Positions 59,760 through 64,000 of a stretch of 64,000 bases of DNA are shown here, piece after piece. The position numbers and the translations under genes are program-made. The stretch comes from an uncultured Actinomycetota bacterium (GTDB lineage: Bacteria > Actinomycetota > Actinomycetes > Propionibacteriales > Nocardioidaceae): NCBI GenBank assembly GCA_963769585.1, contig CAVYMJ010000001.1, forward strand, positions 750,178 through 814,177. The letters run 5' to 3'. The notes beneath the pieces were generated by a model. That model was given only the letters and a program-made list of their open reading frames with translations, was not told the DNA's origin and ran no database searches. Numbering within the stretch: the first letter of the stretch is position 1; each line of letters starts with the position of its first letter.

Positions 59760-59870
59760 GCCGGGCATGTTGGTTGGTTGAGCCGGGCATGTTGGTTGGT
59801 TCAGCCGGGCATGTTGGACGCCTGCGCGCCAACACGCCCGGCTCAACGCGCCAACACGCCCGGCTCAACC
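59756..59870. repeat. composite repeat: 22-bp unit TTGAGCCGGGCATGTTGGTTGG x3 (third copy truncated), then two inverted copies CCAACACGCCCGGCTCAA
   Basis: Read directly. Direct copies are at 59756, 59778 and 59800; inverted copies are at 59829-59846 and 59851-59868. It fills the whole gap between convergent purQ and the dehydrogenase gene. Direct and inverted units can form 16-bp stems with one A.C mismatch. Confidence 0.9.
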
Positions 59871-59875
59871 TCAGC

Positions 59876-60952
59876 TCACAGGCGGATGCGGATGACCCGG
59901 TCGTCGGTTGCACGAGGGGTGTTCCGGCCGTCCCGGTTGCTCGTGGTGATCCATAGTGACCCGTCCGGGGCCGTTTGGACGGTGCGGATCCGGCCGAAAC
60001 GGCCCTGGAAGTAGCGGACCTTGCGGCGGGCGCGCGGGCCGTTCAGGCGTACGCCGTAGAGCGACTGTCCACGCAGCGCCCCGACCCATGCGCGGCCCCC
60101 GGCGATGGCGATGCCGCTGGGGGAGCATTCGCTGGTCGGCCAGGTGACGAACGGGTCGTGGAACGGTCCGGGTCCGTCACCACCCTCCACCACCGGCCAG
60201 CCGTAGTTGTGGCCCTTGCGGATGCGGTTCATCTCGTCGCGCACGTTCTGACCGAGCTCGGCAGCCCAGAGCCTCCCGCGCCGGTCGAACGCGATGCCCT
60301 GAGGGTTTCGGTGGCCGTAGCTCCAGACGTAGTTGCCGAACGGGTTCCCAGCCGGGATGCCGCCCCGCGGGGTCAGCCGGAGGATCTTCCCGGCCAGAGA
60401 GCCTCGGTCCTGGGCCTGCGACCCGTCGGCCGCATCGCCGGTGGTGGCGAAGAGCAGACCGCTCGGCCCGAAGGCCAGGCGTCCGCCGTTGTGGATGCTG
60501 TTGACCGGGATCCCGCCCAGCAGCAGATGCTTTCGGCCTAGCCGTCCGTTGCTGTAGCGCATCCGCACGATGCGGTTGTCCGAGGCGGTTGAGTAGTAGG
60601 CGTAGACCCACCGGTCCCGGGCGAACGTCGGCCCGACGGCCAGTCCGAGCAAGCCACCCTCACCGGCGTCGGGCGCCAGGCCCGTGACGGTCCCGACGTG
60701 TCTACGCCCACCGGTACGCCGTACCCGGTGGACGCGGCCGTTCATCCGCTCGCCGACCAACGCGTCCCCGTTCGGCAGGAACACCAGTCCCCACGGCACC
60801 TCGAGCCCTCGGGCGAGCACCTTCGCGACCCGTGGTTCGGCCTGCGCCTCGGGGACGGTCAGCAGGGTGGCGCCGATGGCGCCGGTGGCGAGCACGGTAC
60901 GGCGGTCGAGGTCCATCTGTTCATACTGCCCGTCCTCCCACTGATGATGCAT
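59876..60952 (-). CDS. PQQ-dependent sugar dehydrogenase (soluble glucose/sorbosone dehydrogenase-like beta-propeller), probable Tat substrate
   Basis: Twin-arginine signal DRRTVLATGAIGATLL. Motifs PWGLVFLPNG, HNGGRLAFGP and YGHRNPQG. ATG 60916 is an alternative start. Confidence 0.8.
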   Translation of the reverse strand: MHHQWEDGQYEQMDLDRRTVLATGAIGATLLTVPEAQAEPRVAKVLARGLEVPWGLVFLPNGDALVGERMNGRVHRVRRTGGRRHVGTVTGLAPDAGEGGLLGLAVGPTFARDRWVYAYYSTASDNRIVRMRYSNGRLGRKHLLLGGIPVNSIHNGGRLAFGPSGLLFATTGDAADGSQAQDRGSLAGKILRLTPRGGIPAGNPFGNYVWSYGHRNPQGIAFDRRGRLWAAELGQNVRDEMNRIRKGHNYGWPVVEGGDGPGPFHDPFVTWPTSECSPSGIAIAGGRAWVGALRGQSLYGVRLNGPRARRKVRYFQGRFGRIRTVQTAPDGSLWITTSNRDGRNTPRATDDRVIRIRL

Positions 60953-60983
60953 CCGCCCCGGCGCACGCCGAAAGTCCGGCGAC

Positions 60984-60997
60984 TGAAACGTGTTCTA
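60984..60997. promoter_or_regulatory. second KstR-type operator candidate TGAAACGTGTTCTA (same half-sites as 7162-7175)
   Basis: Read directly. It fits TnnAACnnGTTnnA. It is 32 bp before the WS/DGAT ATG 61029. A -10-like TAGCCT at 61016-61021 lies 7 nt from the ATG. Confidence 0.55.
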
Positions 60998-61028
60998 CTT
61001 TTCGCCCAGAGCCACTAGCCTGTTCACC

Positions 61029-62465
61029 ATGAGACGGCTCTCGAGTGTGGATGCGGCGTTCTGGTACGCCGAGACCGCGGGCTGGCATATGCACGTCGGC
61101 GCCGTCGCGATCTGCGACCCCGAGGGCGCTCCCGACTTCAGCTTCGACCGGGTCCGCGAGCTGGTGCTCGAGCGGCTGCCGCAGATGCCCCAGCTGCGCT
61201 GGAGGGTGACCGGCGCGCCGCTCGGGCTCGACCGGCCCTGGTTCGTCGAGGACCGCGAGCTCGACATCGACTTCCACATGCGGCGGATCGCAGTGCCCTC
61301 ACCGGGTGGCCGCAAGGAGCTCGACGAGCTCGTGGGCCGTCTGATGTCCTACAAGCTCGACCGCTCACGTCCGTTGTGGGAGCTGTGGTTCATCGAAGGC
61401 GTCGAGGGCGGCAAGGTCGCGACCCTGACCAAGATGCACCACGCCATCATCGACGGGGTCTCAGGCGCGGGCTTGGGCGAGATCCTGCTCGACGTCACCC
61501 CCGAGCCCCGTCCCGCTCCGGAGGAGACGGTCGGGTCCCTGGTCGGCTTCCAGATCCCCGGCCTGGAGCGACGAGCGTTCGGGGGCATCCTCAACGTCGG
61601 CGTCAAGACGCCGTACCGCATCGTCAGGATCCTCGAGCAGACCGCGCGACAGCAGTTCGCGGTCCGCGGCTTCAAGAACCGGCCACCGCGCTACTTCGAG
61701 GCACCACCCACGCGGTTCAACACCCGCATCTCTCCGCACCGCCGGATCACCGGCTCGCGAGTCGAGCTGTCGCGGGTCAAGGCCGTCAAGACGGCGTACG
61801 ACGTCAAGCTGAACGACGTGGTACTGGCACTGGTGTCGGGCGCCCTCCGGCAGTACCTGATCGAGCGCGGCGAGCTTCCCGACAAGCCGCTGGTGACCCA
61901 GGTGCCGGTCTCGACCAGGAGCGACGAAGCCGAGGGCCAGGTCGGGAACCAGGTCAGCTCGATGACCGTTTCGCTGGCGACCGATGTCGCCGACCCGGCG
62001 GAGCGGATCAAGGCGATCTACGAGAGCTCCGCCGGGGCCAAGGAGATGGCCAAGGCGCTGACCGCCCACCAGATCATGGGCCTGACCCAGACCACGCCGC
62101 CCGGCCTTCTCCAGTTGGCCGCGCGTACCTACACCGCGTCGGGGCTCTCCAAGAACCTCGCCCCGATCAACCTGGTCATCTCCAATGTGCCCGGGCCGAG
62201 CTTCCCGCTCTACATGGCCGGCGCCAAGGTGGAGTCGCTGGTGCCGATCGGCCCGCCGGTGCTGGACGTGGCCCTGAACATCACCTGCTTCAGCTACCTG
62301 GACTCCCTCGACTTCGGGTTCGTCACGACCCCTGAGGTCGCCCCGGACATCGACGAGATGGCCGACGCGATCGAGACGGCGCTGCTGGAGCTGGAGAAGG
62401 CGGCCGGGATCAAGCCGCCCCCGGCGGCCAAGCGCAGGGCCGCCAAGGAGGGCATGGCGCTCTGA
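61029..62465 (+). CDS. wax ester synthase/diacylglycerol acyltransferase (WS/DGAT)
   Basis: Active-site motif [10 protein letters not shown] and N-terminus [12 protein letters not shown]. 478 aa. Confidence 0.9.
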   Translation: MRRLSSVDAAFWYAETAGWHMHVGAVAICDPEGAPDFSFDRVRELVLERLPQMPQLRWRVTGAPLGLDRPWFVEDRELDIDFHMRRIAVPSPGGRKELDELVGRLMSYKLDRSRPLWELWFIEGVEGGKVATLTKMHHAIIDGVSGAGLGEILLDVTPEPRPAPEETVGSLVGFQIPGLERRAFGGILNVGVKTPYRIVRILEQTARQQFAVRGFKNRPPRYFEAPPTRFNTRISPHRRITGSRVELSRVKAVKTAYDVKLNDVVLALVSGALRQYLIERGELPDKPLVTQVPVSTRSDEAEGQVGNQVSSMTVSLATDVADPAERIKAIYESSAGAKEMAKALTAHQIMGLTQTTPPGLLQLAARTYTASGLSKNLAPINLVISNVPGPSFPLYMAGAKVESLVPIGPPVLDVALNITCFSYLDSLDFGFVTTPEVAPDIDEMADAIETALLELEKAAGIKPPPAAKRRAAKEGMAL

Positions 62466-62523
62466 CGCGGCCCAGGCAGGTAGATTTGCCCACGTCCCGC
62501 GACTGCCACCGGAAAGTCCTGCC

Positions 62524-64000
62524 GTGAGCAACCTCGACACCGTCACCACCGCCGAGTCGACCCCTGACCGCGAGCAGCCCTGGCAGGACCTGGGTCTCAA
62601 AGCGGACGAGTACCACCGAATCCGCGAGATCCTGGGCCGTCGGCCCACCAGCAGCGAGCTCGCGATGTACTCGGTGATGTGGAGCGAGCACTGCTCCTAC
62701 AAGTCTTCGAAGGTGCACCTGCGGCAGTTCGGCGACAAGGTCACGCCCGAGATGAAGCGGCACCTGATGGTCGGCATCGGGGAGAACGCCGGGGTGGTCG
62801 ACATCGGTGACGGGTACGCAGTCACCTTCAAGGTCGAGTCGCACAACCACCCGTCCTACGTCGAGCCGTACCAGGGTGCCGCCACCGGTATCGGCGGTAT
62901 CGTCCGCGACATCCTCGCCATGGGCGCTCGGCCGATCGCTGTCATGGACCCGCTCCGCTTCGGCCCGCTCGACGCTCCGGACACCCGTCGGGTGCTGCCC
63001 GGGATCGTCGCGGGCATCGGCGGCTACGGCAACTGCCTGGGCCTACCCAACATCGGCGGAGAGGCCGTCTTCGACGCGTCGTACGTCGGGAACCCGCTGG
63101 TCAACGCCCTGTGCATCGGGGTGATGCGGCATGAGGAGCTTCACCTCGCCAAGGCGACCGGAGTCGGCAACCAGATCATCCTGTACGGCGCCCGCACGGG
63201 CGGCGACGGAATCGGCGGCGTCAGCGTGCTCGCCTCGGAGACCTTCGATGCCGGTGCCGACGGTACCGGCGGCCCGGCCAAGCGACCGAGTGTCCAGGTC
63301 GGCGACCCGTTCATGGAGAAGCTCCTGATCGAGTGCACGCTCGAGATCTTTGCTGAGCGTCTCGTGGACGGCATCCAGGACCTGGGCGGAGCCGGCCTCT
63401 CGTGTGCCACCAGTGAGCTCGCCTCAGCCGGCGATGGAGGCATGAAGGTCTGGCTCGACCGCGTGCCGCTGCGGGACTCGACGCTGGCGCCTGAGGAGAT
63501 CCTCATGAGCGAGTCTCAGGAGCGAATGATGGCCGTCGTCGAGCCGGCGAACGTCGAGCGTTTCCTCAAGATCTGCGAGAAGTGGGAGGTCGACGCCCAC
63601 GTCGTCGGCGAGGTGACCGACACCGGCCGCCTGGAGATCCTCTGGCACGACGAGGTCGTGGTCGACGTACCGCCGCGTACCGTCGCGCACGAGGGCCCGG
63701 TCTACGAGCGCCCCTTCGCCCGCCCCGAGTGGCAGGACGCGCTCCAGGCCGACACCGCGTCCGTGCTGCCCCGCCCGTCCGACCTGCGCGCCACCGTGCT
63801 CCAGCTCGCGGCCAGCCCGAACCTGTGTGACCGGTCCTGGATCACCGACCAGTTCGACCGCTACGTCCGCGGCAACACAGTCCTCTCACAGCCGCAGGAC
63901 TCGGGCATGGTCCGCGTCGACGAACAGACCAATCTCGGAGTCGCGGTCTCGACCGACTGCAACGGCCGGTTCGCCAAGCTCGACCCGTACGCCGGAGCCC
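62524..64000 (+). CDS. purL: phosphoribosylformylglycinamidine synthase subunit PurL (5' part; continues beyond the window)
   Basis: Missing from the ORF track because there is no stop in the window. From GTG 62524: [11 protein letters not shown]...[19 protein letters not shown]...[23 protein letters not shown]...[11 protein letters not shown], the typical PurL motifs. Confidence 0.95.
   Translation, partial: MSNLDTVTTAESTPDREQPWQDLGLKADEYHRIREILGRRPTSSELAMYSVMWSEHCSYKSSKVHLRQFGDKVTPEMKRHLMVGIGENAGVVDIGDGYAVTFKVESHNHPSYVEPYQGAATGIGGIVRDILAMGARPIAVMDPLRFGPLDAPDTRRVLPGIVAGIGGYGNCLGLPNIGGEAVFDASYVGNPLVNALCIGVMRHEELHLAKATGVGNQIILYGARTGGDGIGGVSVLASETFDAGADGTGGPAKRPSVQVGDPFMEKLLIECTLEIFAERLVDGIQDLGGAGLSCATSELASAGDGGMKVWLDRVPLRDSTLAPEEILMSESQERMMAVVEPANVERFLKICEKWEVDAHVVGEVTDTGRLEILWHDEVVVDVPPRTVAHEGPVYERPFARPEWQDALQADTASVLPRPSDLRATVLQLAASPNLCDRSWITDQFDRYVRGNTVLSQPQDSGMVRVDEQTNLGVAVSTDCNGRFAKLDPYAGA

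Noticed and set aside
59756-60014. Small ORFs 59756-59956 and 59778-60014, and the idea that the repeat block is a CRISPR array
   Set aside because: The ORFs exist only because the repeat unit contains ATG/GTG, and they run antisense into the dehydrogenase gene. The repeats are contiguous with no spacers, and two copies are inverted, so this is not CRISPR-like.

Overview
This is a high-GC actinobacterial chromosomal segment. Gene content and order resemble Nocardioides or Mycobacterium-type core regions, but the taxon is my inference. I count about 60 densely packed protein genes, many joined by 1-4 nt start/stop overlaps (ATGA, GTGA, TTGA, TGATG). From left to right: (1) a Rieske protein, a P450 and an HD-domain gene, then a four-gene operon (F420/LLM oxidoreductase, DUF1214-like, SDR, sulfotransferase); (2) a 5-gene peptide-type ABC importer; (3) the heat-shock block dnaK-grpE-dnaJ-hspR, two unknown genes, then clpB followed closely by a channel-like RCK/RyR protein; (4) a phenylacetate upper-pathway cluster (paaZ, paaABCDE, paaI, TetR regulator); (5) an unusual response-regulator pair; (6) housekeeping genes (aminotransferase, pyrE, DedA, TrmH, fba, DUF3151, LuxR-type regulator); (7) dispersed purine genes (purA, purD, purB, purC, purS, purQ, partial purL) interleaved with MFS pumps, GGT, a GMC oxidoreductase, an acyl-CoA synthetase, a WS/DGAT, a PQQ-type dehydrogenase and a mini-catalase. 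I recognised no rRNA, tRNA, CRISPR array, transposase or integrase. Many long ORFs in the track are antisense or frame-shadow ORFs typical of high-GC DNA. Observations most worth follow-up: a receiver + winged-helix regulator with a kinase-less DHp (H-box) tail, translationally coupled to a stand-alone receiver; two copies of the same KstR-type operator (TAGAAC-NN-GTTTCA) in promoter gaps, one in a 45-bp divergent leaderless promoter of a sulfotransferase operon; HspR operator (HAIR) sites before dnaK and clpB, with a 2TM/RCK/RyR protein apparently co-transcribed with clpB; and a composite direct/inverted repeat block after purQ. All family assignments come from motifs read by eye and need HMM or BLAST confirmation.
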